A stretch of DNA of 64,000 bases from Lingula anatina (taxonomy: Eukaryota; Animalia; Brachiopoda): positions 68,054,788-68,118,787 of the forward strand of contig CM120640.1 in assembly GCA_051362555.1 (NCBI GenBank), in the 5' to 3' direction. How positions within the stretch are numbered: the first letter of the stretch is position 1; each line of letters starts with the position of its first letter. The position numbers were made by a program, and so were the translations under genes. Positions 23,819 to 37,000 of the stretch are shown in pieces. The notes under the pieces are model-generated. The model saw nothing but the letters and a program-made list of their open reading frames with translations. It ran no database searches and was not told where the DNA came from.

Positions 23819-23830
23819 GGGAGTTTCCCC
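23819..23830. promoter_or_regulatory. NF-kB consensus site in the divergent region between the MARCH and ZBTB genes
   Basis: GGGAGTTTCC(CC) is a perfect GGGRNYYYCC match. It lies between a minus-strand donor (23695) and a plus-strand donor (24111). Confidence 0.4.
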
Positions 23831-24611
23831 TCGTAAACAGTTTTCAGCAAAATATTTTTGGGAACGTGTTTTAATTCTTATCAAACAATCTACTTTATTT
23901 TGAACACACATTAGTATTTTAGCTATATAAATCACATTCTCTTTATTTTTTATTTTTCATGTCGTATCGTGCCGTTCATTTTTTACATTCTTTACTTTAG
24001 ATGAGCTTACGTATCAATATGGCCGCACGTCGTCGACGTTCATTTTGAGCAAGGTGCCAGTTAAGTTGAACTACTATCTCTTATTGTTCGCAGGCGGAAG
24101 CAGCTATCCAGTGAGTACCAGTAAAACATGGTGTGTGTGTGTGTTTGTTGTCTGTATTGTAATTGAATTAAGATAAAAGTAGGAATTAAACATTTGATGA
24201 TTCCTTTTAGAATTCAATTTCACGCGCCGATCCGAACAGATCTTTTTCGGTTCATGGATTAATAAGCTATGAACGAGAATCTGTCAATGGTTAATGAGTT
24301 TACGCAGGTCTGACGTTATTACTTTTAAAAATTGAGATTGATAGAAATCCCTTAACGGGACATATGATTATAATGACAGTGTGCAAAAGCGACGAGTGCT
24401 GATTTTTATGTGAAAATTAACTTCTATTTGAAATTAAAATGGACTAAAATGTCTGCAATAAGAATTTTTTTAATTATATCCAATATATATATATATTGGG
24501 TACAATTAAAAGATTCTTATTATCTGGATTTTGTGGTTTGATAAAATTGATGGCAGAGATTAAAAATTGCCCACAGCAGAATTATTTTTACACAAGTTTT
24601 TGGTATTGCAA

Positions 24612-24631
24612 TTTATTTATTTATTTTTTTT

Positions 24632-24667
<36 letters not shown>

Positions 24668-24670
24668 TTT
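24612..24670 (+). repeat. (ATTT)n microsatellite
   Basis: Imperfect run of TTTA units. Confidence 0.85.
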
Positions 24671-25022
24671 GATGTATTTTTCAGTGTTTACTCCATAAGG
24701 GTTAAACCATATTTTTGTTTTACTTTATTTTGCGAATGCAAATATAAGCTAGTTGGCTTTGTTTGGTGAACAGACAGGTTGATTTCAAGTCACCATAATT
24801 GTTCTTAAATAGTTTCTGTAGTATAGTTTCTGTGCGTAGTAGCTGTCCAACTACATTAGCCAAATTTGCCTTTTTTTTCTGAAATTTTTCAGAATCATGT
24901 AATGTTATTTTGCTTTAATAATACTGTCATATTAGGAGTCATTTTTTCTCAAAGCTATGTCCAAATCCTACACAAGTCCATATGTTTTTTTTAATTTTTT
25001 TTTTTATTTTTGCAGGTACAGG

Positions 25023-27382
25023 ATGCTTCCAATCCAGACCAAGTCCTCACATTTTGAATCAATCCTAGCAGAATTGAATAAGCAGCGCCTGTCCAAAGTC
25101 CACTGTGATGTGTCTCTGGTTAGTGATCTAGGTGTGACATTCCCAGCTCATCGCTGTGTCTTAGCAGCCAGTTGTGGATATTTCCGTGATCTACTAAACC
25201 AGCAGAGAGCAGGGTCAATCTTAGTCCTCAATGACTATAGCACAGAAGCATTGCAGCTCTTCATTGAGGTCATATACACTGGCAGGTTTCAGCTGCCCAA
25301 AAACATAGACAATGAGGAGGATGTAAAAAAGCTGAGACATTTAGCTACTCTTTTGGATTTACAGACTGCTGTTCAGCTTTGTGATGAATACCTCCGTGGA
25401 GTTCAATTTTTCAAACCAAAAAGTCGACGCAAAACTAACAAACAAAAAAGTCAACGTAAATTAAAGAAACCCTCTTCTAATCAATTGACAAATGAGTCTG
25501 CAGAGCCTGAAAAAGAAGAAAAGGAAATTAAAACTGATACAATTGCTACAAATGTACCAACTGATGATAATGATGATGATGATGGGGATGAATTACAAAC
25601 TGATGATGAGGGGGAAGAATCTCCAGTTGATGTTGGAATGATTGAAGATGATAGTGTTGAATACATACCAACTGGGTCTGCAGCAAAGCAGTGTTTTGAT
25701 GATGAAACGAACACAAAGGGTATAAGAAAATCACTACGCATTGTAAAACGAAAAGTGAAAAAATACCCTGAAGAGGAACAAATAGCGAAACCAAGAAGAA
25801 AAATTAAAAAGAGGAAAGTGCAAGATGATAGTGATTCTGATCTAGATGACAGTATTGTTGTAGAGAGTGGTGCAGATTTGGCTCCTTCTCAGCCTGTTGA
25901 TCCTGTGACAGAGGCTCTGAATGTGGCTTTTGGTATAACATCTGACTTAGGAAAAGAAACCAACCCAACACCAGATCCAGTGGAGGTTGAACAAACTTTT
26001 GACAAGATTTTGAAAATGTTGGCTGTTCATAGACCGCAACAAAAAATAGAGAAAAGAGGAAGAAAGCCCAAAATTAAGGTAGAGGAAAAGGAAAGCAAGG
26101 TAGCAATGGATGGGGAACTTTTCAGAGAAAATGATCAGTCAGTTCTTGAAAAGTTTGCTGAAATTACAACAAAGGTTGCAGAGCAGGAAGGACAGACACT
26201 TTTGATAAATGGGACCGTTTCTACTGAAAGTTCAGATTTTGATACCAAGGTCAGTAAATCCTTCAAGTCAATCCAAGAGCAAATTAAAAAGAGAAAACTA
26301 ACTGAAAATAGTGAAGTGTCAGTCAACCTTGGCTTAAAGAAGAAGCCAGCCAGTGCACAAGAAGAAGAAGAATGGCGAAATTGTTTATACTGCAAACAGT
26401 TTAGGGGTAAAAGAAAGGGAAGATTTGAGTTCCATGCAAGATATTGCAACAGCCAGTACCGATGTCAACTTTGCTACAAACCTTTTCTCAATGAGTTTGA
26501 TATGAAGAGGCATCATTGTGCAAAAGAAAAGGTATATTATGCTTTTTGTACTTTATTATGTATGTTGGTGCTGTCCATTGAGTTACTGAGAAAAAGGTGC
26601 ACAACAAAATTATGATACCAATAGTAAAAACATTCTTTGTCAATGGACTGATTGATATGCTATTTAAAAAGTGTTTGGACGGTTCCATCTATCGTACATG
26701 TTATTTGTTTTGCTTTATTTTTTAGAAAAGTGTCATTTGTGAACAGTGTGGGAAGACCTTGACCAACTGCTATGCTTTAGCTCTCCATATGCAAGTACAT
26801 TCAGGAGTGAAGAAACATGCTTGTCAGCACTGTGGAAAGCTTTTCCTACGAGCATGCCAGTTGAAGGCTCATGTAGTCCATGTTCACACAACAGAACGTC
26901 CCCATAAGTGTGTCCACTGTGGCAAGGCATTTGGATTGAAATATGAATTAAACAGACACTTACAGAACCACAGCACAGCATACAACTTCATTTGCAACCA
27001 GTGTGGTGCTGGGTTCCATGAGAATTTTAAACTTAACCAACATGTCAAGATGGCTCACAAGCCTATGAATGCTGGCATACCACAGGTACTACATCAGACT
27101 AGCAGTGCCTCAAGCCAGATAACATTTTTGGCCCCAAGTATGACATCCCAGGCTGAAAACTCTACTTTCACGTATCCTACTAATAGCTTGCCTGTCAACA
27201 ATCTTCCAAACTCCGTTCCAGGAGAGTCTCTGATTTATGCCATGGTCCCTGCATCTTCACTGGCACTGACTGATGACCTACAGGAGAATGATGTCACTTT
27301 CCAAGTAATTCAAGCTATCCAGGGGTCATACAGCAATGACCAACCAAACCAGGACCAGGAAACTAGACTGACCACTCTGTAA
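25023..27382 (+). CDS. BTB/POZ and C2H2 zinc-finger transcription factor (ZBTB-like, about 721 aa)
   Basis: Coding exons 25023-26531 and 26726-27382 (phase-0 GT-AG intron). BTB signature LNKQR...HCDVSLV...FPAHRCVLAASCGYF...YTG, an acidic/basic linker with a possible KRGRKPK AT-hook, and four canonical C2H2 fingers in the last exon plus two degenerate ones before the intron. A non-coding first exon probably ends at 24110 (GTGAGT). Confidence 0.93.
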
Positions 27383-28473
27383 ACATTGTAGTCAGTGTGG
27401 GGAAAAAAAAACACTGAACAATTCTAATGATTTGTTATACAAACTGATTTTTTTTTACTTTTTCAAAGATAGAGTAGTTTTATTCTATGCAAATATATTG
27501 CATGGTGAATATTGTATGGAATGTTTGAAAAAGTGAGTTTCAGTGCAAAAAAGTGTCACCAAGGGCTTTTGGTCAGATTCTGCTTAGAACACTTCGTAAA
27601 TGTCAAGAGGCTGTTGTGTAGTCATCTTGTCTGATCCTGTACAGGAAGAGAATCTTTATCAGAATGCCCTAGTTGTACGTATTCCTCATGCTTACATTAT
27701 TTGACATCAGAAGTTATCAGGTAAAATGTGTTTTTGCACTAGAAATTGTAATTATGCAATAACCAAGGACTTTAGACAACTTTATGATATGTGTAACGAT
27801 GAAAGTTTTATTGAAATGTTTTCAGATTCAACATAGCTCAACAACTGCCAATACGTAGCATTTCAAAAGTTCCCTGGCAGCTTAAAGACCCTCATCAATA
27901 TATACAAATGGTCTTAAACATTTTAAGCACAAGTTAGTAGTGTGTTACCTTTATACCAGAGACAGTGAAATAAAATCTTAGAAGCTAAAGGCCATCAAGT
28001 TGGTTACAACTTAAAACCAAGATCAATGCTTATAACAGAATGTGTTGGAGCACAAAGAATGCATTGAAAGACTGTTACGCAAAATTTCTAATTAATGGAA
28101 ATTTCAACAAGAAAATTAAAAAACCTGTTGAAAATGTTAAATGTCTTAGACCATTTATAAATCCTAATAACTGGATATTAACAGTCTAAATATCAACTTT
28201 GTTGAAAAATTAGATTCCTATGTATCTTTTATTACACCATCTAGTCACGTTCATGTCTACTCTGTAGTTTTGTTGCATTAAAGAGCACAGGAAGATTTGA
28301 GTGTAATCTAAAAATGTAAACATTTAAGATCATGGGACTTAACCATGCACTGTCACAGTGAACAAATAAGGGGTCCATAGAGTCAATCCCTTTTCACAGT
28401 TACTTATTATATTTGGTATTCACTGTCATGTAACTTTAAAGTCATTTTTTCGTACAACAAGTGTTGAATTCCA

Positions 28474-31400
28474 TCAGCTTGCTTGATCATCATCCTCAAA
28501 ATCCTGTGATAGTAAAAAGTTGGCTGCCAAGTCTTCATTTTTCTCACAGGCAAAATAGGCTTGAATGCACATACCCTCTGGGAAACCCAATGCTTTGAGC
28601 TGAGGGAAGAGAAAGAGAAAAAAGAAGCTATACATCTTCTTTGAAGCAAATCTGTATGCTCATCCATATTATATAATGTTTCTATGGCAATACAAGAACC
28701 TATATGCATTATACTTCAGTATTTTGAAAATCACCTTGACGCAAAGCAGACATATCTCACCCTTTCAATAGCTTCTTTTTCCTGTGGAGTAACTTGCACC
28801 ACACCTGGAGCAGGTCCTTGCCCTTGCCCCCCGGCTCCCTGAACCCCTGGCATCACCGGACTCCCACCTGCCTCCACTGGCTCATTCAACATCTGAACAA
28901 ACTGTGCTTGATTTTGGCTGATTACCTACAAAGACCAAGAGGTGTAAATAAGAAATCATCCAATTAAAAAAAAACATTTAAAGCAACAGATTTTTTTTAT
29001 CTTTAGATTAATTCTTAATTTCTCCAAAAAATTGTTTCTCAATAACTATTTTCAGGGTGAACTTGTGCAAATGTTACCTGGAGCAGCTGGGGGTTTGTCC
29101 TACCAATCTGTTCAAGCAACACATGCAGAAGCTGAGGGTTTTGCTGAACAAGGTTTCTCATTTGTGTAAACTGAGGTTGATTTCTCAAAAAGGAAAGGTC
29201 TTCAGCACCTAAAATAATTACATATTTAGTTAAAACTTAAAACATACCACAGCTATTTCACAAAAGCACCCTTAAGCCCGAAAAAGTCAAAACAAAGTGC
29301 GTTAACATTTCTCATCAAAGAACATGGATCGAGTGGAGAGCACAAAAACCAGTGATGCAACAAAATGTCTATTCCTCTTCATTTACAAAAACTAATACTC
29401 ACTTCCAGTGCCAGTTGGTGCTCCTGTGCCAGTTGTTGGTGCGCCAGTAGTTGGTGTACCAGTGGTTGGTGTACCAGTGGCTGCTGGAACTCCACCAGCA
29501 GGTGTCCCTGTCTCAGAGGCAGGTGTGCCAGCTGCTGGAGTACCAACAGGCTGTGCAGGTGCTTGTACTGGCTGTTGTGCTGGTTGAGCTTGAGTTTCTT
29601 GGCTATGTATTTGAGGAATACCCTGAGCAGGACACATGATATAAACATAATTAATAACCTGTTATTTCTTCATTGATTTTTTCTAATTTTATCATAATTT
29701 TTCAGAAAAAAAATGCTTTGGTACAATGGGGCAGTCCTTGACAAGAATGTCAATGTACTACTTTTTAAAAATTAAAAGGTTCCAATCCAAAAGCATATCT
29801 GATAAATAGTAAAATCCTTATCTACTTTCCATAAAAGCTTTGGGTTAAAAATACCTAAAGTGTAAATATATTACTTAACACAAAACTGTTACAGGAGGTT
29901 CTGCTAGTACTTACAGTTAAAAGATATTCCACTGCTCTATCTGGATTATTAAAGCTTGCCCTTAAGGCTCTTACTACTTGATCTCTCTCAAAGCCCATAT
30001 TCATAATTTCCAGTATCATCTGTTCATAAGCCTCCCCTGTTACTAGTGTACTCTCAGCAGAGACAATTGATGAAGAGGATGGCACAGAAGAAGCAGGTGT
30101 AAAGGAACTCTCTGAGCTAGCTGATGCTGAAACATCACTGAAATTACAAAAAGTAGAACCCTTTTTGTGTATGTGTGTGTGGTTAATACACAACCGTTAT
30201 ATAGGTAAACCAGCACTTTTCAAATCTCAGTGCACACATACACAACTATTACAATTACTTAAATCATTCTTAAACATCAACAGATCTGTTTCCAGTAATT
30301 TGAATAAATACAAACACTTGATAACCAATATGTTATTTGTCAGTTGGATCAGACAGTTTAGGCTGATATTGTTATTGAAAAACATAACTACCTCGAGGGC
30401 GGTGTTTCTTCTTGTATTGGTTTTACTTCTTCCTTCTTTTCTTCTTTTTTCTCTGGTGTGGCGGCTGCTGGTGTACTGGCAGGTGCTGGGGCTGGGGCAG
30501 CACTGGCTGTCTGGGCACTCTCTGCTGGTTTGGCAGGCTGTGCTTTAGGCTGAAATAGCAATTTTTAAGTATGTGTTCATCTCTTAAAGTAACAGCAACT
30601 ATTAAACTGTATTGCTTGTTGTGTAAAATTGTGCTTTCAATAGAATGAAAAGATTTGCAGCCCGTACAGGAACACTCTTACAAAATATATAAATGTGGGG
30701 GAACCAATGTAAGACCTAGATGAGAAGAGCTACAGAAATATATACCCAGACAAGGGTTGGGCCAGATATTAGCTGTTCACTGGGAAAAAGGAAAGAAACA
30801 TCCTTGACCTATACTTCTGCAGCTGAGGAAACTTTACATCAAATTTTAAATTCAGGAGTAAATGCCTGTATTCTTTAAAAATAGAGATGGACTGGGACTC
30901 ACAGAATGTTACAAAGTTCAATTCAGACCTAATAAGGAAACTGAATAATCACAAAGATGTTGAATAGGTATTTTCACTGGAAGGTTTGTGAGAAAACATA
31001 AGAAGGCGGAAAAATACAATTAGACATAAATGACAGCTTCTGTGAAAAACTGAGAAAGTGTAGGACCTAAATGTTTATTGATGTGAAAAGTCTTTAAAGA
31101 CAGTTAATCAATTTTTCACAATGAACAAAGTAGAGAAACAAAATATCAAGCCCAGGAAATGTTAACAAGCCAATATCTTCTGGCATTTGGTATATCCCAT
31201 AGATCTTTAAACAAATTATAATAAAGAAGATCACTTCACTTACTTTGGTAACCATTACCACCACAAAATTCTTTTCTTCAATTTTATAATCCCCAACGGG
31301 CTTTTCATCATCTAGAATTTTACCTGAAAAAAAAAAGAAAAGAAATTAAACTTAATAATCATAGTGCAGTCCCAAGGTTTCTCATTTTGGAGCAATATAA

Positions 31401-33698
31401 AGTAAACATTTATGAAAAGCCCCCCCCCCCCCCCCCCCTCCCTTTTCCAATGGCAAATTTGAAAAGGAACAATTCTTTTGGTTAAATGAAATATCTCTTT
31501 TTCAAAATTCCAATTTCTATTTATACTACATTATATTTATTCATTTATTTTTTGCTATTACTACCAATATCCTGTCTCTATTGTATAATTTGGCTGAAAG
31601 TCATCTATGCTGAAGTAAGCCAAGAACCTGATGCGTATAACATAGAGCATGTTTTTTTCTAACATGGAAAGGTGTAGCAATAACTCCTCACATTTGCTTT
31701 TGCAATTTTGACAGGATTGATCCTACCTGTGCATTTAACATGACCTAGCATCTAACTTGAGAAAACTGCTTCACTCATACCTGCATATATTAGCTTCTGA
31801 CCAACGGCTGGGAAATCCTTGCCTTTTTCTGCTTCTATTTTTGCTTTAAGCACCTTCACCTAAAAAATGAATAATATACACAGCAAAAAATGTTATATTT
31901 CATGTTTGTTTAATAAAAAACGATAGTAATTTGTAAAATTGTTGATGTACCAAAGTGATAAATGGTCATCCATTTTTACCATAATTTTTACAAGTCTACA
32001 AACTGTGCACTGAGGGGGAGGGATTTAATGGCCTTTGTACGCTTTTGAAAAATAATACAAATTGTCCAAATTGCTGTCAAAGATCATCATTTTAAACTTT
32101 TCACCTTGTACTCTCCGAAGGGGGGGAGGGGGGGGGAGAGAGGGGGTCTTAAAAAGTCTACTTTTTGTAGACTTGTGAAAATGATGATGGAAATTGACAG
32201 TTTACTTTTATAGTATAGCTTATCCTTTCTCAAGACTTTTATAATATAGCTTATCCTTCTCAAGACAAAACATGCAGGCTGACAACACCTACATCACCAT
32301 CACTCCTTGGTGAACAGCAAAACAGAGATCCACACAATACTGACTTTCAATGCAATCATTTGGAAGTACCCTTGAAATTTCAATTTCTGATATGTAAAAA
32401 CATATAAGCAAAACTTGCACCTCTCCCCACCCCGAATGACACAGCCAATAACTCAACTTCTGCCTTAATGAGTAAAACTCCCTGTAGGGTAATTACCTGT
32501 TAGGTCCTATCAAAGTGTGTTAATAGATATCAGTAGAGATAATTTTGCACAAGTATATCACTCAATGTAAAAGGGGCCTTGATGTTTTTTATTATATATT
32601 CTATACCATTAACAATTTGTATTTAAATAGTGTGCAAACTCAGGATAGTGTTGTTTTTTTCAAATAATTTTAACCCCTTAATTTTGAAAGAGACTAACCA
32701 ACTCTAACATAACGTTTCATGCATTAGCAGTCCTATTAATGGTCTCAGATGTGTACTATTTGTGCTAGCATATGAAGGATAGTTGCCTATAACTGTAAAA
32801 TAATGGATTAGTGCCAAATTTCAATTCTATCAAAGTAAAGCCTGTAGTGTGAACACAACAGTGATGCCAATACACCTTACGAGAAAAATTCTATGGACAT
32901 ATACTTTTTACTGCAGTAGAAAATCTCTTGTTGGAATGCAATTGATGTAAGCAGTGGATGTTGCTATGTTTAGCGCATGCATAGTTTCCTATATGTATAT
33001 CCAATCAAAAAGAAAGCAAACCATGTGGTCTCAAAAACTACAGAATGCTTTGGTCTCTCAAAAACAAGTATTTTTATACAGCAAAACTAATATCATGAAC
33101 ATTAAAAGTGAAGTATTACTGTGATGATTGAAGAGATTGGTATTTAATGTGCATGTTCAACAGGACATACCATGGCTCCCCTAGCAAGTGCCAGTAGTTA
33201 CCAGATCTAGCAAGGTGAATCAAGATTTTCATTTTCATGTGTGAATGCGAAGAAGTGAATTTAGACAAGTGCCTCAGAATGTCTGTTTTTTAAATCACAA
33301 TCACCATGCTGTATAGAAACTGGAATAATGGCGTCATGCCAATGCCAATATCCATGATCTTCAAACTAAGCACTAGTCACACGTGTGAAATGTGGCTTTC
33401 AATTCTTTCATTTGGGAGGGTAGTTCAATTCTCAATAATATAACACTATGCGGGAAAATCCATATATGTATAGGTAAATATACGAATAACACTTTACACG
33501 TTTAACCTTATCCAAAACAACTATCGTTTTTACCTTTCCTGGTAAGTGAATCATATACATGAAAATAGCGTCTACTCATCACTAACTCTACAACAGATAC
33601 CCGAAAAACAGCACTTTACTGTCGATTCTTACCAAATCACTTGGCTCTATTTCAATCTTGAAAGTCTGCTGTTGCAATGTTTTTAGTGTAATGAACAT
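28474..33698 (-). CDS. RAD23: UV excision repair protein RAD23 (UBL-UBA1-STI1/XPC-binding-UBA2; 9 exons, about 415 aa)
   Basis: Exons 33698-33633, 31859-31781, 31323-31244, 30549-30392, 30137-29915, 29622-29403, 29208-29078, 28925-28761 and 28599-28474 join in frame (1248 nt). Motifs: [66 protein letters not shown]...[37 protein letters not shown]. Confidence 0.97.
31963..32200. mobile_element. Degenerate MITE remnant in RAD23 intron 1
   Basis: TTTTACAAGTCTACAAA (about 31986) pairs with TTTGTAGACTTGTGAAA (about 32164) around a G-rich core. Ends are eroded. Confidence 0.4.
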
Positions 33699-34011
33699 TT
33701 TGGTTTCTGTTCAGTGTCAATGAAGCCGTAGTTATTATAAAAAAAGTGCAGAGACCCTAATGAAATGCGGCAATATTCCGACTTTGTCAGCTCGTCCCTG
33801 TCCCGCACTGAATTAATAATTTTATCATTTGTAAATATTTACCGATATTTTATACATAAAGTACACATATGTTCTATGTTGATAAAATAAAACACGCTTC
33901 GTAATTTTTATCGGGTATTTTACAATATGATGTGATAGTTTCTCTAATATTTGGTCAAATCGCAATACAGCAAAACATTTTGTCCTGCACTATATCAACA
34001 AAGCACGTGTC

Positions 34012-37000
34012 ATGGCTGACAGAAAACAAATGCCTGGTGAATTCAAGCCAGGAAGATGCGGCTTTTATCTGGAGAAGAAAAGGCGATATTGCAGGGCAGT
34101 ACCAAATGAAGGAAATAAATATTGCATAGAGCATTCACATCTACTTGGGGTGAGTGTGCAGTTTGCACCCATTCTGTTAAACGACAAGCAGAATATCTTA
34201 TCTGTGTACATGTACATGTAAATTAGAATAATGTATTAGCGTAATAATGATGATAATAATCATAATGTGACTTGACTGCCTCAGCATTATTGCATTTTAC
34301 CGTAGGAATTGAAGGATCAAGAAAGAATTCCCTGTCCATTAGATCCAAAGCAGTAAGTACAGGTTTGTACACCATGTTTAAAAGTGCCTGACTTAAACCA
34401 AAAAAGACCAATTTATCAAATTCATTTCTGATATAAACTAAATTTTAGAATTGAAAGAAATATAAAGGGAGTCCTGGAATATATGTTTTTTATTTTTATA
34501 TTTTATGTATGTTTTATTAAATGAGAAAAGTCATATTTTCAGCTCCTGCTATAAAAGCAAATTGAAGAAGCACCTTAAAAAGTGCAATGCCCGAGAAAAA
34601 GTACAACCTGTAAGCATTAACATCTAGAGGTTTTATCAGGAAATATTTTGATGAATGTACACCAGAATTTTGATAAGAGAATTAAAATTAGTACAAAATC
34701 AAGCATTAGAAATAGCAAAACATTACACTGGCAGATTTTTTACTGGGTTCAATAATTTTCAAGTACTGGTTTGATTGACCATCAGTCTTTGAGTTCTCTT
34801 CACCTTGCACGTGCTTACATTTCACATTGTTATAGTCTTGGCAAGCAAAGACAACACAGATAATTTGGTCTGTATGCTAAATTTTATATCTCTGACCTAC
34901 TGATTTGCAGTGATGTCTATACATGTGCGGAATTAGAACTATTGTTTTTAGAGCATAACTGATAACATTAAAAATTTAATTTATGGTCTGTATTCTGAAT
35001 GTTGCCCTTTCAGGCCTGCTACCAGAAATCTGTTAATTCTGGATATGGCGAGGATGAAACTGAGACAGAGAAGGTGAGGTTTATTCAGTGCTATAAAATA
35101 GTGCATATATTTTGATATTTAAATATTATTTTCACCTGAATGTAATTCATTCTGTTTTATAATTAAAAATATACTTTTTCATTTCGTTATACACCATAGG
35201 TCACAATCCTGACAGTGCCAGTTGAAGAGGTTTTCCAACTGATAGAAAAGGTCAAGAATATCCATGAAAGTATGTTATTGTTTACATTCATGTATCCAAA
35301 TATAACAGCTGGTAAATATGGTAGAACCATGTCATTTTCTTCTTGCAGATGCAGTGGATGAGAGTAATTGGGCCATACTTTCACCAGATGGTAACTTAAA
35401 AACTTAAAATTTTAAACATTTTTATCCTAGAGTGCCAGCTACTCATCCAGGAGGAAATCCTTGAGCATCCAGTTATGAGGGAAGAGCTGAGCAATAAAAC
35501 ATATGGAGAAGCTGCACTGAAACACAGAAGACAGCAGGTGTGTTTTATAATGAATTTGGTAATTCCAGATATGTCATAAATTTGAGAACATTTCACCATT
35601 TGTTAATGATTAGCTACACTTTCTATGTCTATTTTATGCCAAACGTTTTTTTTGCCAAAAACAGTGACAAATTTGTGAGGGAAAAACTTGTTTTCAAAAT
35701 GTGTTAGTTGCAATGCACTGTAACTGTCATTTATTTTGTTACAGTCATCCTTGGTAGCTCATATGCAGAAATTAGGTTTGTTGAAGGATGGAACATGTTT
35801 TGTAGAATTTGGAGCAGGAAAAGGTCAGTTGGCTTAGATTACTTTGTGTCTTGCATTTATTAAGATTGAATCCAGTTTAACTTTAAGATGTTTAATTCCA
35901 AGTTTGAGTTAAAGTAAGTTTTGATGGATTAATTGTTGAAAAGAAAAAGCTTGGTATATTTATTGATATCTAACTGTAACTCAGCCTTCAAATTCTGTAA
36001 TATCATTACACAACTTTGAGCTTTTATGATCTCAACCCTCATTTCAGACATACCCTGAAAACCACAGGTTCATTTGTTGTCTTTTATTATGATCATTATT
36101 ATTATCTCACACAACAGGTGCACTGTCCCACTGGGTTCAGCTGGCTCTTCCAGAATCCAAGGACAATAGTTACATACTAGTGGACAGGGGTACAGCAAGG
36201 TACAAGGTAGGTCATTGTGCCCTCTAGAAAATGGGACAGTTTTGTCATTCCTTTTTAAATTTTCTATAAACAGCAGATGGCGAAGATTCAAAGTTATAAA
36301 ATCACATAGGTTATCACCATGCCTGTGCTGTTTCTAGTACTGAGTGTTGGATAGGGGCAAGTTGCAAAAATGTTCTTAATGTATTTGTGTGTTGTTTAGG
36401 TATAGGCTCTGAAACAAAACTGAGATATTGTTTGGAAGTTATTTTAATATTATTTTGTTCTGGTTATTGATAATGATAAAATAAAATATTGCAATTGTAG
36501 ATGGATAACTACCATAACAACAAAGAAGAAGGTCCTATATTTGAAAGATTGAGAATGGACATAGAGCATCTTTGTCTGAGTGAGTTTTTAAATCAGATAC
36601 ATGATATTGAATTATTGATTATTTGACAAAGAAGTATCGATAGTATGTAATTAAGTTAGTTAGTTAGAGTGTCCCATATATCATTATGGTAGACCCTATT
36701 GATTAAAACACATTTGAGTTTAAAGGTTTATGTAATTAAGTCTCACCAAATACTCATACACTAGTAATAATTTTTTTCATCAATATTAATCAGGTAAAGT
36801 GCCAACAGTCATCGACCATCCCAGGGCTGTGGTAGGGATGAGCAAGCACTTGTGTGGAGCTGCAACTGGTAATACCATTATTGTTGTTATTGTCATCATC
36901 AATGTCTTCATCATCATCATCATCATTGTTATTGTTACTATTGTAATAAAGCTAGCTTGTGTTTCAAAGTTTACATCAAAGGAGAGGACCAGCCTCTCCG

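Noticed and set aside
29365-29676. Overlapping Cys/Trp-rich and Leu/Gln-rich ORFs
   Set aside because: These are shadow frames of the repetitive Thr/Gly/Pro linker exon of RAD23.
629-33698. RPA2 and RAD23 as a nucleotide-excision-repair gene cluster
   Set aside because: They are separated by two unrelated genes, and chance proximity of housekeeping genes in a gene-dense region is sufficient explanation.
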